Origin: an uncultured Chloroflexia bacterium | GTDB taxonomy: Bacteria; Chloroflexota; UBA6077; JACCZL01 | Reading direction: 5' to 3' | Assembly (NCBI GenBank): GCA_963765765.1 | Contig: CAVXYC010000023.1 | Span: 224,001-288,000 of the forward strand | Length of the DNA: 64,000 bases | In this document: positions 41,496-53,120 of the stretch, piece after piece | Numbering within the stretch: the stretch's first letter is position 1 | Layout of the letters: every line of letters starts with the position of its first letter | The notes under the pieces: model-generated | Told to the model about the DNA's origin: nothing | The model's database searches: none | Seen by the model: only the letters and a program-made list of their open reading frames with translations | Made by a program: the position numbers and the translations under genes

Positions 41496-42740
41496 ATGGC
41501 CGCGAATGCGCCATCGAAGGTGCTGAACGTTGGAATCCTTGGTATAGGCGTGGGCGGTGCAGAAATCCTGCCCGCGCTGGAGTCACTCCCGAACGACGTG
41601 AAGATCGTCGCGGGTGCGGATATCGAGCCCCGAGTCTGCAGCGCGTTCGCGGAGCGCTATCCCGGAACGCACGTCTACGATTCGGCGGAGAAGCTGTGCG
41701 CCGATCCGGATGTGGATGCGGTGTGGATCTCCACACCCAATCGCTTCCACGCGCCGCACACGATCATGGCAGCGAATGCCGGCAAGCACGTAGTCGTTGA
41801 GAAGCCCATGGCGATCTCGCTCGATGAGGGCAAGGCCATGGTGGAGGCCTCCGAAAAGAACGGCACCAAGCTGCTGGCCGGCCATACCATGAGCTTCAGC
41901 ACGCCGATCCGCGCGATGCGCAAGGTCATCCAGTCCGGTGAGATTGGAGATGTGCGCGCAATCAATATCTGGGCGTACTCAGACTGGCTGCTTCGGCCGC
42001 GCACGTCGGATGAGCTCGATCCGACGCAGGGTGGCGGCATCCCGTACCGACAGGGTCCCCATCAGATCGATACGATCCGTCTCCTGGGTGGTGGAAAGGT
42101 GAAGAGCGTGCGCGCGGTGACCGGCCAGTGGTCCAAGGTTCGGCCAATCGTCGGCTACTACTCGGCCCTCTTCGAGTTCGAGAATGGCGCGTCGGCCAAC
42201 ATCGTTCACGATGGTTACGGCTACTTTCTCACGCATGAGCTGGTGCCGTGGGGGACCGATGCGCAGCGTTACACCGCGCCCGAGCGCGTTGAGATCCGCA
42301 AGTCGCTCTATGCCGGTACTCGCAATGAGTATGAGGACAAGAACGATCTGCGCATCGGCGGGCGAGCCGAAGAGGCCGTCTTCCGCAGCAGCGGACCCAA
42401 GGAATGGCTGCCAAGCGATCTCGGGATGGTCATCGTGAGCTGCGAGCAGGGCGACATTCGCCACTCTGCGTACGGGATCCAGGTCTATAGCAACGAGGGC
42501 CGCCGCGATATCAACCTGAACGAAGTTCAGGGCGTCGTCGGTCGCCGAGCCGAAATCCTGGAGCTCGTCCACTCCATCAACAACAATACCCCGGTCTACC
42601 ACGATGGCCGCTGGGGCCTTGCCACACTGGAGTGCTGCCTGGCCGTGCTCGAGTCGGGGAAGGAGCACAAGGAGATCCAGCTCAAGCACCAGATCCCCGT
42701 CCACGACGAATACGATGCGGATTTCACGCTGCCGAGCTAG
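41496..42740 (+). CDS. Gfo/Idh/MocA oxidoreductase (phthalate cis-dihydrodiol dehydrogenase-like)
   Basis: GILGIG, STPNRFH, VEKPMA, DWLLRPR..ELD..GGG....QGPHQID, HDGRWGLATLE. Confidence 0.9.
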   Translation: MAANAPSKVLNVGILGIGVGGAEILPALESLPNDVKIVAGADIEPRVCSAFAERYPGTHVYDSAEKLCADPDVDAVWISTPNRFHAPHTIMAANAGKHVVVEKPMAISLDEGKAMVEASEKNGTKLLAGHTMSFSTPIRAMRKVIQSGEIGDVRAINIWAYSDWLLRPRTSDELDPTQGGGIPYRQGPHQIDTIRLLGGGKVKSVRAVTGQWSKVRPIVGYYSALFEFENGASANIVHDGYGYFLTHELVPWGTDAQRYTAPERVEIRKSLYAGTRNEYEDKNDLRIGGRAEEAVFRSSGPKEWLPSDLGMVIVSCEQGDIRHSAYGIQVYSNEGRRDINLNEVQGVVGRRAEILELVHSINNNTPVYHDGRWGLATLECCLAVLESGKEHKEIQLKHQIPVHDEYDADFTLPS

Positions 42741-42770
42741 GCTCAGCCTCCTCGCACGATCGTCCTGAAT

Positions 42771-42803
42771 ACGGAGCCGGTTCTCATCGAGAGCCGGCTC
42801 CGT
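42771..42803 (+). terminator. rho-independent terminator
   Basis: acggagccggttctc-atc-gagagccggctccgt followed by a T-rich tail. Confidence 0.7.
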
Positions 42804-42841
42804 TCGTTATTGTTTGGGCGGCCTTGGGCATTTGTCGTGCA

Positions 42842-42910
42842 GTGGCGAGGGTCTCTGTACGCGCCAGAATCCGTGCGCAGTGCACTGGCGGGTACAGAGA
42901 CCCTCGCCAC
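42842..42910. repeat. REP-like inverted doublet (GTGG type)
   Basis: Arms 42842-42867 and 42885-42910 match 25/26 as inverted repeats. Confidence 0.75.
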
Positions 42911-42972
42911 CGGACACGCTGAGCCGCCAGCCAAACTGAAGGACTTCTGCCCCGGTGCGAACAGCAGATCCG

Positions 42973-43736
42973 CTAACTCAGGTCTGCGATCACCAGTCGA
43001 TATCCCAGATCCAGTTCCGTCTCATTAGAGAGATGCCCGAAAAGGGCATCCCAGGTGCCGTTTCTCAGGTCTGTTTCAAGTCGGCGGAGTCCCGTGTCGA
43101 CATCGGGAATCATCGCGAATGCGGAGATGGCGCTGCGTACGCTGGGATCGAGATAGGCGTTTGGGCGGCGCCAGTATGCTCCCATGAACCCGTCGGTGCA
43201 ATCGTGTGGAATAGGCACGGGCCATACTTCGATTGGGCCGAGCAGTGAGCGAAGCTCCTCCATTGGTGACATGGTGCGTCGGTCAATGTCGGCAATCTCA
43301 GGAAAGTATCGATCGACGAGCCAGAATGGCTGAGTCAGATCTGGATCAAACGTGAGCAGCACAACGCGATCGTGGGATACGCGGCAGAGCTCGGCTAACC
43401 CACGGCCTCGATCAACCCAGTGATGAATGGTGAGAACCGCTAGCGCTGCGGCGAACGAGTCATCGGAGAACGGTAGTGCTTCTGCCCTGGCCTGAATCAC
43501 GGGGGCAGCGTCGGATGGTCGCTGCCGGATCATCTCCGACGATGGCTCCACCGCGATGAGTGGGCGGTCAACTGGCTCATAGGATCCGGCGCCGGCGCCT
43601 ACATTGAGTACCGGCGCCAGATCCCCGAGCGCGCGCTTGATCGCCGCCCCTATGCGTGGATCAGGCTTTCGGAAGTTGGCGTACCCGATCCCAATTGAGT
43701 CGTAAAGAGGTGGCTCAGAATCGTTCCGAAGCCCAT
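42973..43736 (-). CDS. class I SAM-dependent methyltransferase
   Basis: Frame stays open upstream of the listed ORF: YDSIGIGY..R.PDPRI..VLNVGAGAGSYEP, AEALPF, TIHHW, LDLGYRL; start codon uncertain. Confidence 0.88.
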
Positions 43737-43756
43737 CTTTACGACTACGCGACCTA

Positions 43757-45503
43757 CTAATGCCGGATGCCTACCTTCATGCCGAATGCGCGTGCGATCA
43801 GGGCGACGCCGAGCGTCATGACAACGATGAACAGGCCGATGATGCCGGCCTCCTCGCGCATGGTGACGCCTCCAGAAGCGAACTCGAGGGCCAACAGCGA
43901 GAGCGTCTTCGTCTCCTTGCTGGCCAGCATCACAACATAACTCGTGGACTGGGCTGTCACCACGAAGTGAAGTGTGCCCACCAGAATGAGCGTCGGCAGG
44001 ATCAACGGAATCCAGATGCGCCAGTACACGTTCCACCAGTTCCCCCCTGACGCTCGAGCCGCGTCCTCCAGGTCCTGTCCAAGCTGGAGGAACGTCGCTT
44101 TGTTTAGCTGAATGCCGGTGAGCTTGCCCTGAAGGAGGGCCACGAGCACTAGCGCCCAGAGCGTTCCGTAAAGCGGGCGAAGAAACGGCGTGCCCAGAAA
44201 TGCCCAGAGAAGACCTAGACTTGCAAGGATGCCTGGAATTGCGGCCGATCCCCAGATGATGCCGTCCAATGTGCCACGGCCGGGCCAGCGTGTGCGGACG
44301 AGGATGTAGGCCAGGATCGAGAACAGCAACGGACTGATGATGGCCGTGGCACCGGAGATGAAGAAGGTGTTCCACAGCGCCTGACGGAACTGGTTATCAC
44401 CCAGCACCGTATCCCAGTGCTTCATGGTGAACATCGGGTTGATCTGGAAGAAGCCAGCGCGCGTCATGAAGCTGCCCAGGATCACGGTGACCAGCGGAAC
44501 GATGTTCAGTATGAACAACACAAATGCGATGAACGCAAATGCCAGCCAGCGCCATGGCCCCAGGTCGATGAGTCCCGACTTGAATTTGCTGCCGACCGTG
44601 GTGGTGTCGCGACGATGCAGCAGCCAGCGTTGAATCGGGATGATGGCGAAGATGAGCAGCAGGGTGATACTGGCCAGCGCTGTTGCCTGACCGTACTGAG
44701 GTGGTTCTGAACCGCGGGCCAGGTTGTAGATCTTTGTGGAGTAGACGAAAAAGTTGAACGGCGTCCCGATGAGCTGCTCAATTTCAAATGTCTGAAACAT
44801 CCGGACGATGTTGAGCATGAAGACCACCGTCATGGCCGGAATCATGAGCGGAAGCGTCACGCGCGCCATGGTGACCAAGTTTGAAGCCCCCGACGCGCGA
44901 CTGGCTTCCTCAAAGGAAGCGTCCATGTTGCGGAACGACGGCGTCAGGAGCATCACTTTCGTGCTGATTGCCGTACTCACCAGGTGCGCCCAGATGATCC
45001 CCTGCACCGTATAGATATTGAAAGGGCTCTCCTTGATGAACGGCACCCACTGCTTCAGCGCCACGTTGAGCAGCCCGAGATCAGGATCGATGAGCAGCAT
45101 CCAGCCAATAGTAGTGAAGAGGCCCGGCAGCATGTAGCTGATCCAGAACATGATCTCCAAACCACCGGCAAAGGGGATCCGACAGCGTGCCAGGAGCCAG
45201 GCAATGAGTACTGCCATGGGGAATGCCACGGTCATGTAGCAGACGTAGATAAAGACGGTATTCCAGATCGATTGGAAAATCCCTGCGCCTGCGAATGCCG
45301 CGGTCCAGTTGTCCAGCCCGTAGCGCGCCGGCTCCCCAATGCGCGCAATATTGAAGCTATTGATAAAAATCAGCAACAATGGATAGATGATGTAGAAGCC
45401 GATCACCAGAATGATCAGCGACATCACCATCAGGCCGGTGCTCGGTCCGCCTATGCGTCTTGGGATCCGCCGGAGGAATGGGAAGTGGTTGAGCCTGGGC
45501 CAT
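43757..45503 (-). CDS. ABC transporter permease, Fe(III)/FbpB-like (two TM modules)
   Basis: EAA loops FEEASRASGA and LEDAARASGG; SD AGGAG with ATG at 45503 out of frame (indel). Confidence 0.9.
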
Positions 45504-45519
45504 GTTCGTCCTCTCCTAA

Positions 45520-46815
45520 ACTTGTGCGCGGTATGCGCCGTTAGGTGCGCACAGACTCCGAGGATCTTCTTCATGAAATCCTGCACCTCGGCATCCTTTT
45601 CGAGAGTGGCCGGATCAGCGTCCAGGTACAGATAGTCAGCGTTCGGAACGCGGCCGGTACTGGGGAAGCACAGCGTCCTTGGCGATGTCTTCCCGTAACG
45701 ACTCGTCCTCGGGGTTGGTGCTCATCGCAGTGAGCTGGCCTTCCTTGGAGAGCCACCAGTTGACGAAAAGCTTCGCGGCATTTGGATGCGCAGCCTTATT
45801 GAACATACCGATCGTTCCAGTGCCGCCGGAAGCCAGGAACGCGCCTTCCTTCAGCGGCGTAACGATCTCTTCCACAGGGATGCCCTGGTCCTTGAGCTCG
45901 CGGGGATCGTTGCCAGACTGGATGAAATACAGCGGGTATTTCCCAGAGCCAGCCATTCGGCGCCTTGACGACCCGTCCTTTGTGATGAGCGACTTCCTGC
46001 TCCGTAAATAGCCGACGTCAACCAATCCGGACCAAGCTGCGGATGGAAATAGAAGTTGGCCAGAGCGCTGCCCGTACCCGCCACGGTAGCGTCGCGAGAA
46101 CGATCTTGCCCTTCCACTTCGGGTCGAGTAGGTCCATCCAGGCCGTGATCTCGTCCGGTTTCGACCATGGTCGTGTTGTAGGAAAGCATCGCGTTCGGGC
46201 TGGCCGCGAATAGGAATATCCGCTGCTGATCGAGATCGCCATAGTGATGGTGGTCTCTTCCACCATAGCGACTTGTCAGTGACTTCGGGAAGAACCAGAT
46301 ACGGCGCAATGGGATCGAGTACGCCTTTGGGTATAAGGCGTGAGCTCATGGTGGTGAGGCCGCCCATCCAGATGTCACCCGGTATAGAGGCCGGTGTCGC
46401 GCTCGGCCAGGACTTTCTCAGAGCTTTCCGTACCGGAGCCGACCACCGCGGTGGCTTTGACGCCATATTTCTTCTCGAACTCGGCAACCGCGTCGCGAAG
46501 CTGCCGCGAGCCCGCCCGACCCATGTAGATAACGACCTCGCCCTCCGTCTTTGCAGGGCCAACCAGGGCATCAAGCGCCGACGCACTTCCGGCTCGGTGC
46601 AGCTGGAGCGGCAGCCTTGGCGCGCTGTCGGCTGGCTTAGCTGGCGCCTCAGTCTTGGCCGCTGGTTCGGCAACCTTGGGCGCGCTAGTCGGCGCTCGGG
46701 CCTCGGGAGCGGCACAGGCTGCCAGGAGCGCGGCGCCTCCGCTCAGCGACAATCCAACGAGAAACCTACGACGAGAAACGAGGGGATATGACTTGCCCCC
46801 AGCCTGGCCTGGCAT
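45520..46815 (-). CDS. ABC extracellular solute-binding lipoprotein with Tat signal (heavily frameshifted)
   Basis: SRRRFL..LLAAC; AKTEGEVVIY; LLDPKWKGKI; HPNAAKLFVNWWLSKEGQ. Confidence 0.85.
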
Positions 46816-46977
46816 GCTTGACCTCCGACACGGCAGCCGCGGGTGCGATTAGCTGCTCTGAAGGCGCTTTGTGGGGTCGCGGCGCCTTTCGCACAACTAG
46901 GACAGAGGGGCGTGAGGCTGTCAAAGGATTTAGCCCGAGGTGAGCGTTCACGGTCGCGGTGGCGAGCCACCGTAGTT

Positions 46978-47100
46978 GCGCGTAGCACGGGTCCTTGTGG
47001 CCTGTGCCTGGATTGCGGCCCGCCGAGATCGCAACTCTGGGACCGGAGCCGCCGGCTGATGGCATCCAAGCCACAGGCTACAAGGACCCGTGCTACGCGC
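46978..47100. repeat. REP-like inverted doublet (GTAG type)
   Basis: Arms 46978-47006 and 47072-47100 match 28/29; GTAG followed by an imperfect palindrome. Confidence 0.8.
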
Positions 47101-47283
47101 CGACGATGCCGTAGCTTCCTTCAACTCTGAACAGCTACAGCGCGAGCGCGCGAACTCTTAGGGCGCGCTCCGTGCTGCGATGCTTTCGCGGTCCTCAGGA
47201 CCAAGCACAGGGGACAAGCGCCCGCGATTCTCGTTTGGACTAGGCGGGCACGGCAATGGTCTCGCGCTTCTTTACTGTCTCGG

Positions 47284-47758
47284 TCACACAAAGCCAACCA
47301 GGCTGGCAGCCATGATGCTCGTGAACGCGAGGAAGGCGAAGGAGGCTGGCGCGCCAAAGGCCTCACCGATAAAGCCGAAGGCCGCGGGGCTGATAAACGT
47401 GGCGCCTTGCCCCATGAGGTCCCAGAGGCCGAAGAACTTGCCGCGAGCATTGGCCGGGGCCACGTCTGATGCCAGGGTCTGCATCGAGCCGCCCGTGTAG
47501 CTCTGCGTCAAACTGACAGCAATGAGCACCACGACGAATGTGGTGAAGGGCAGTCCCTACCAGGCAACGAGTCGCCATGACGACCATCGCTGCACTAAGC
47601 GCGGCGAACCCTGGAACGATCGTGGCTTTCCGTCCGAATCGATCCATGATGTGTCCCGCCGAGATCGTCACGGGGATACCTACTGCCGCAACAATCGCGG
47701 CCAAGGACATGAGGGACAAGGACATCAGGGGACGGTCTTTGTTGTCCCTCGTGTCCAA
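47284..47758 (-). pseudogene. C-terminal fragment of an MFS transporter
   Basis: GHIMDRFGRKATIVPG, SDVAPANARGKFFG; no room for the N-terminal half before the divergent gene at 47859. Confidence 0.7.
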
Positions 47759-47858
47759 TTTCGCTTCTTTACACTGAAATCGTTGACGCGCGTCCTTGCC
47801 GGGACTACGCTTTCTCCGCTGGACATACGCCGCCTCGGTTCATCGTAAGGGAGCTGCC

Positions 47859-49038
47859 ATGGTTGCCCGTCGATTCGTACCCAGACTGTCCGTACTCGCT
47901 GCGCTGGCCGTCTTTCTCACGGCTTGCAGTCAGGCGCCGTCGCCGGGAGTGGCGCCGCCGTCATCGTCGGGCTCGAAAGAGCCGGAGGCGCCCAGGCTAA
48001 GTGGGAGCAGACGCTCGCAGGCGGCCAGGAAGGAAGGCGCGGTGGTGGTGGTCACCCACACCAACCTGCTCTACCGCGACCTTATCGAAGCATTCAAAGT
48101 CCAAGTACCCCGACGTCGCTGTGGAGCACGTGGCAATCCGGCCGAGTGAGTTCGGCCCCAAGGTGGTTACCGAGCAGCAGAACGGCCAGTTCAACTATGA
48201 CGTCTGGCTATCGCCCACGAGCACCATGACTGAGGTCGTTGTGCCGGCAGGTGGCATGGAGCCCATGCCACCATTCTTGATCTTGCCAGAGGTGACTGAT
48301 CCAAAGAACTGGCGGGGTGGCAAATTACTCTATGGAACAAAGGAGCCGCTGATTCTACTGAATCGGGGCAATTTGTCCGGAGATGTGTGGGTCAACCGAG
48401 ACCTCCTTCCTGAGTCTCAGTTCAATAGCATCGACCAGCTTGTGGAGCCGCGGTTCAAGGGCAAGATCATGATTCGCACGCCCAATGGCCAACATGGCGG
48501 CAGCCTACCGCTGACGGGCTGGCTACGCGCCCGCGGTGAAGACTTTATCTGGACGCTGCTCAACGATCAGGAGACGGTGTACATCGAGAACGCGCGGCTG
48601 CTGACACAGAACCTGATCAACGGCAAGTATCCGCTGGCTGTCGGCACGGACCAGGCAACCATTGATAACTGCAAGACCTCGGGCGGCTGCCAGCAGTTGG
48701 CCTACGTGCGCGGGCACGAGCACATGCTCGGGCAAGGGGCGGCCATACTCAAAAAGCCCCCGCATCCACAAGCCGCGTCGGTGTTCGTGAACTGGTTCCT
48801 CACCAAGGAAGGCCAGGACGCGTTCATCAAGGGAATCGCTGATACTGAGCCGAACGCTGAGAGTGCGCACAGCATCCGCGTGGACGTGGAGCCGCATCCG
48901 GACGCCGTGGCACTGGGCACGGTTCCGGACTACAGCCAGCTAGACAAATACAGCCTGCAGGGCATGGAGCAGGGCGCCGAGGAGATGCAGACGGTCATGG
49001 ACCTTTATCGGAAGGTGGAATCGGGACAGCCGAGGTAG
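47859..49038 (+). CDS. ABC extracellular solute-binding lipoprotein (frameshifted)
   Basis: Lipobox LTAC; ARKEGAVVV; EPRFKGKI; PHPQAASVFVNWFLTKEGQ. Confidence 0.88.
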
Positions 49039-49406
49039 GCCCGCCGGCGTGCAGTGTGTCTCCCGGACGCCGCGCACCTCGTCATCAGGGAGCACACCAT
49101 TCCGCGGCACGTCCAGAACATCTTCGCCAACCTAAGTGTCTCCTCGAGCATGACGGCGGCCGCGTTCGCGGTTGCTCACGAACGCCTCTGAGGCGCTGGC
49201 ACGGCACTCGACCGTGACCCCTTCCCGCCAGCTTTAGATGACGCCAGGGTGAATGGGGCGCTACCTTCTGATATCTGGCGTTGTCAGAAATCACGCCGCG
49301 GTCGCCGGGCGAAAGTTGGTGAATTGAACGAAGCGACCGAAGAGCCACCGCCGAGCGGCTATCCCTGGGCTACCACGACCGCGCCAAGGTGGGTGTGGTT
49401 GTCGAT

Positions 49407-49472
49407 CGAGCCATCCTGGCCGATCCGAGAGTACTGATTCTGGACGAAGTTACCTCAAGCGTTGTCTCGTAG
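49407..49472 (+). pseudogene. remnant of an ABC exporter ATPase (Walker B region)
   Basis: Translates RAILADPRVLILDEVTSSVVS*, compared with the ABC exporter consensus RAILADPRILILDEATSSVD. Confidence 0.65.
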
Positions 49473-49568
49473 CAGGTGCAGAACTCGGCGAAACTGGCCG
49501 GGCAATTAGATATGCAGCCCGACTATACTGCACCTTGAAGCGGATTGAATGTGACGAAATCATCCCCT

Positions 49569-50420
49569 ATGAGTCAGACTGATACGACGGCTCGAACGCG
49601 ACTGAGGCGGTTAGATTTCAATCGGGTGTCCTACGAAACACGAATTTCGCCTGGGCGACGCTCGGGATCTTCGAGTGATTTCGGACGAGTCCGTAGAGTT
49701 AGTTGTCACATCGCCACCGTACGGCAACTTGAAAGAGTATCCGGTCCAGGAAGGTCAACTCGGAAATCTCGCCTCATATGAGACATTTCTAGACGAACTC
49801 GACAAGGTGTGGCGCGAGTGCCATCGGATCCTCGCCCCCGGTGGACGAGTGTGCGCCGTCGTGGGCGACTTTGTCTCTCAAGGCGAAGGCGGGCCGACAT
49901 CATGTGCTACCGCTAGCCGCAGACATTCAGGTGCGTGCGCGCAAGCTCGGCTTGGACTCACGCACGCCATCATTTGTACCAGGTCGCCAACATTGCACTC
50001 GAGGCTAGCCGAAGCTCAAGATTCTTGGGCAAGCCCTATTTACCTGGCGGGATCATAAAAAACGATCGCGAAACGATTGTCATGCTTAGAAAGCCAGGTG
50101 GATACCGCAAGCCCACCGCCGGTCATGGAGACGAACAGCCGAATCGGTAAGGACGATTATTTCCGTTGGTTCTCACCCATTTGGACCGACGTGACGGGTG
50201 CGAGTACGCGTGATCACCCTGCTCCGTATCGAGTCGAGATACCTCGGCGGTTGGTGAGTATGTTTTCCTTCGTCGGCGACACTGTCGTAGATCCTTCGGC
50301 GGTACCGGAACCACGCTCAACTCGGCTTGACAGTCGCCGTATCTGGTTTGAAGATGCGCGATCGATCGAGCACGCGGTGGGCGATTTCGGGCCACGAACA
50401 TCACGGACAATTCGGCTTTT
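49569..50420 (+). CDS. site-specific DNA methyltransferase, N6/N4 beta class (frameshifted)
   Basis: VELVVTSPPY, RILAPGGR, GKPYLPGGIIKND.E, HPAPY..EIPRRLVSMFSFVGDTVVDP(F)GGTGTT. Confidence 0.88.
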
Positions 50421-51155
50421 CGAACGTCGCTCAGTACTTCGCCAAAAGTCTATGGCGAGAGCATCAATTCGAGCATCTCAATCAGTTTCGATATCACCCC
50501 AGATCCGCCAGGCACTCCAACGCTCTCGGGATACTTATCGTCGAGGGCCTTCTGTCTGCGTACCCACTCTTGAAACAACGAGCTTCGGAAGGCCGCGTCG
50601 TCTACGATGTCAATATGGACCTATGATTCGGCTCGTACTTGGAATGTAGATTTTGTAATCGGAACCCCTGCCGTAACGGTTGACCTAGACATCGGCCACA
50701 TGGTGAGAGTGACACCTTCCACCGTACAGATTGCCATTGAGATCAAGAGCGTCATGACGGAGCATCGGAAGGCTGTGAAGAATCGTAAGCGTGACTTTGA
50801 GGCACACCACGAACATGTTCACCACTATGGAGATAGAACCATTGCCGGTGGAGTAATGGTTCTTAACGCAGCACCCGAGTTTCGATCGCCACTTCGTCCA
50901 GCTGTGACTCGTCACGGGTCTGCCACCCGAGTCTCAGAATTGATCCATCACTGCGTAAATGAAATGCGCAATGTAACTGAAAGAAGCGGTATCGGAGCAG
51001 TTGGGATGGACGCCAAGACCGTTCTCGTTGTCGACTTCCCCAACGTCGAGGGGCTGGAGTGCTCAATTCGTCGACAAGGCGCCCGCTCCCTCCGTTGGCG
51101 ATCCACTTCACTACAACAGCTTCATTCAAAAAATCTGTTCACTCTATACGTCTAG
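50420..51155 (+). CDS. putative PD-(D/E)xK restriction endonuclease (frameshifted; start uncertain)
   Basis: FRYHPRS..HSNAL; VDFVIG...IAIEIKSVMTEH; directly follows the MTase. Confidence 0.6.
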
Positions 51156-51260
51156 ATTCCCGTAATCCTTCGAATTGCGATGGTTACGGGAAGATTACGT
51201 TCCTTGCAGGGCCGGCTCCCTCCGCATCGAACCATCCCCCAGTCGGCGTTTCCTCCGACG

Positions 51261-52142
51261 ATGTCAACGCCCCGGCATTTCCTGCCACCGACCATTCGAT
51301 TTGCGCTGGTGCTGAGCTGGGCATTTCGGACAGTTCTCGATCGATTCGTCCCTGCCGCGTTCTTTGGCTTTGTCGCGGTCGGTCGCTCCAGTTTGCTGGT
51401 TCGACGTCTCGGTGAGACGCCTGCCGCTGATGATGCGCAGGCCCTCCTGGTCTTCCGACTGGACATCGTTCACCAGGTCGTCGCCTGCATTTTCCTGCTG
51501 TTGGTGGCCGTCTTGTGCCTGATACGCAAGTCGCCAAGGACGCAGCGCGCGGGACTACTGCCACTCGTGGTCGCACTGGCCGGCACCTTCATGATGGCTT
51601 ACCCCGCGACTCAGCCGCGCGTGACAGAGGACGGATGGGTGCTGGTGACCGCCAGTGTGCTGGTGATCGCCGGGCTCGTCTATGCGGTCTACGCCGTGGG
51701 CAGCCTGGGCGCGTGCTTCGGACTCGCGGCGGAGGCTCGCGGTCTGGTTACATCGGGCGCTTACAAGCACGTCCGACACCCGGTGTACCTGGGTGAGCTG
51801 ATCGCCGCCCTGGGTGTCCTCTTGCCCGTGCTTACACCGCTCACCGCGGCAGCATTTGTGTTCTTTGTGGCTCTACAGGGCTGGCGAGTGCGTCTGGAAG
51901 AGCGTGTCCTCGGTGACGCGTTTGAGGACTACTCCGAATTTCAGCAACGGGTGCCGATGCTGTTCCCCTGGCGGCCGGTCCGGCGCCGGCGAAATGCGCG
52001 GCCAGGTACGGGCTGGCGGCGGCGCCGACCCGACTTCCATCGCCGCTGGGACGGCGCCGTCGTGGTCGCCAGCCCGCCCCGTCACACCGGGCGATGTCGG
52101 CGGATCCCGGGCCGGGAGCGGCGGTCAGGCAAAACGCGGTGA
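51261..52142 (+). CDS. isoprenylcysteine carboxyl methyltransferase family membrane protein
   Basis: LVTSGAYKHVRHPVYLG, EERVL..F.DY.EFQQRVP; true 3' end probably near 51990. Confidence 0.85.
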   Translation: MSTPRHFLPPTIRFALVLSWAFRTVLDRFVPAAFFGFVAVGRSSLLVRRLGETPAADDAQALLVFRLDIVHQVVACIFLLLVAVLCLIRKSPRTQRAGLLPLVVALAGTFMMAYPATQPRVTEDGWVLVTASVLVIAGLVYAVYAVGSLGACFGLAAEARGLVTSGAYKHVRHPVYLGELIAALGVLLPVLTPLTAAAFVFFVALQGWRVRLEERVLGDAFEDYSEFQQRVPMLFPWRPVRRRRNARPGTGWRRRRPDFHRRWDGAVVVASPPRHTGRCRRIPGRERRSGKTR

Positions 52143-52899
52143 ACTGAGCTGACGAGTCCAGGATGCGCGAGAGACCGAGCTGGCCGGGGATCGTGATGGA
52201 AGACATCTCCATGAGACTGGTTCCCGCCCATGAGCGACGCTCGATGCGAAAGGCGGCGGCGCCATTCGAGAGTCCGAGCCAGTTTGCAGCATCGCCGCTC
52301 ACGTTGACCGATCGGAGCGATTCCTCGGCGTGACTCACGCGTAAGCCAAATTGCTGCTCAAGGATCGGCTGCAGGCGAGACGCCTGAAGGTCGACCTGGT
52401 CTGTCTCGGGAACCAGCGATGTCGGCAGGTGCATCACCTCTACGGCGATTGGCTTCTGTCGCGCTTCATGCACCCGTGCGATCTCGTGGACCGAGCCCGA
52501 GGCGCCCGGCGGTAAAAGCTGACGCATAGTGTCTGGCGGAGAGATCATCCGTGAGTAGAGCACGCGGATGGCGAGATCTTCGAGCGGACGATCCAGAATA
52601 TGCGTAAACTGGAATCCCTTGACACTGGTGACGCTGTCCGACGCATCGGCTACAAAAGTGCCGCGGCCGCGCTCCCGCCGTACCAGCCCTTCTCGTACGA
52701 GCTGCTCCACGGCCTGGCGAACAGTAAATCGGGAGACGCCGGCGCTTACCGCCAGATCTGGCTCCGGGGGCAACGATGCGCCTGGCGCAATGGTACCGTC
52801 CAGAATTGCCTGGCGGAGTTGTTGTTGAAGCTGGTAGTACAGCGGCACCGGAATCCTCCGGTCGAGCGCCACGTCGATCAAGCCTGACCTCGCAACCAA
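51841..52899 (-). CDS. GntR (HutC subfamily) transcriptional regulator
   Basis: PLYYQL..LPPEPDL...GVSRFTVRQA..RGRGTFV; UTRA domain ends near 52150, so the 3' extension is doubtful. Confidence 0.88.
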   Translation of the reverse strand: MVARSGLIDVALDRRIPVPLYYQLQQQLRQAILDGTIAPGASLPPEPDLAVSAGVSRFTVRQAVEQLVREGLVRRERGRGTFVADASDSVTSVKGFQFTHILDRPLEDLAIRVLYSRMISPPDTMRQLLPPGASGSVHEIARVHEARQKPIAVEVMHLPTSLVPETDQVDLQASRLQPILEQQFGLRVSHAEESLRSVNVSGDAANWLGLSNGAAAFRIERRSWAGTSLMEMSSITIPGQLGLSRILDSSAQFTAFCLTAAPGPGSADIARCDGAGWRPRRRRPSGDGSRVGAAASPYLAAHFAGAGPAARGTASAPVAEIRSSPQTRHRGHALPDALASPVEPQRTQMLPR

Positions 52900-53120
52900 A
52901 TGCGCCGGGTCCGGGCGCCCATCAATGTCCTACGCTGCACCACACGTCCAGTACACGATCCAGATTTGCGCCGCACGCCGCACGGCCCGGTCATCGCCCG
53001 GCAATTGTATTTCATCAGACGAACGGCATTTCAACATTCGGAATGGCCGCTGTGTGGTCCGTTTGGACTTCTTGTGCGGAATACGCGCGTGGGGACGACG
53101 GTAACTCGTCGCCTCGCACC

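Noticed and set aside
41979-42704. Long antisense ORFs (also 54883-55584, 59946-60596, 32604-33404)
   Set aside because: Shadows of real genes caused by GC codon bias.
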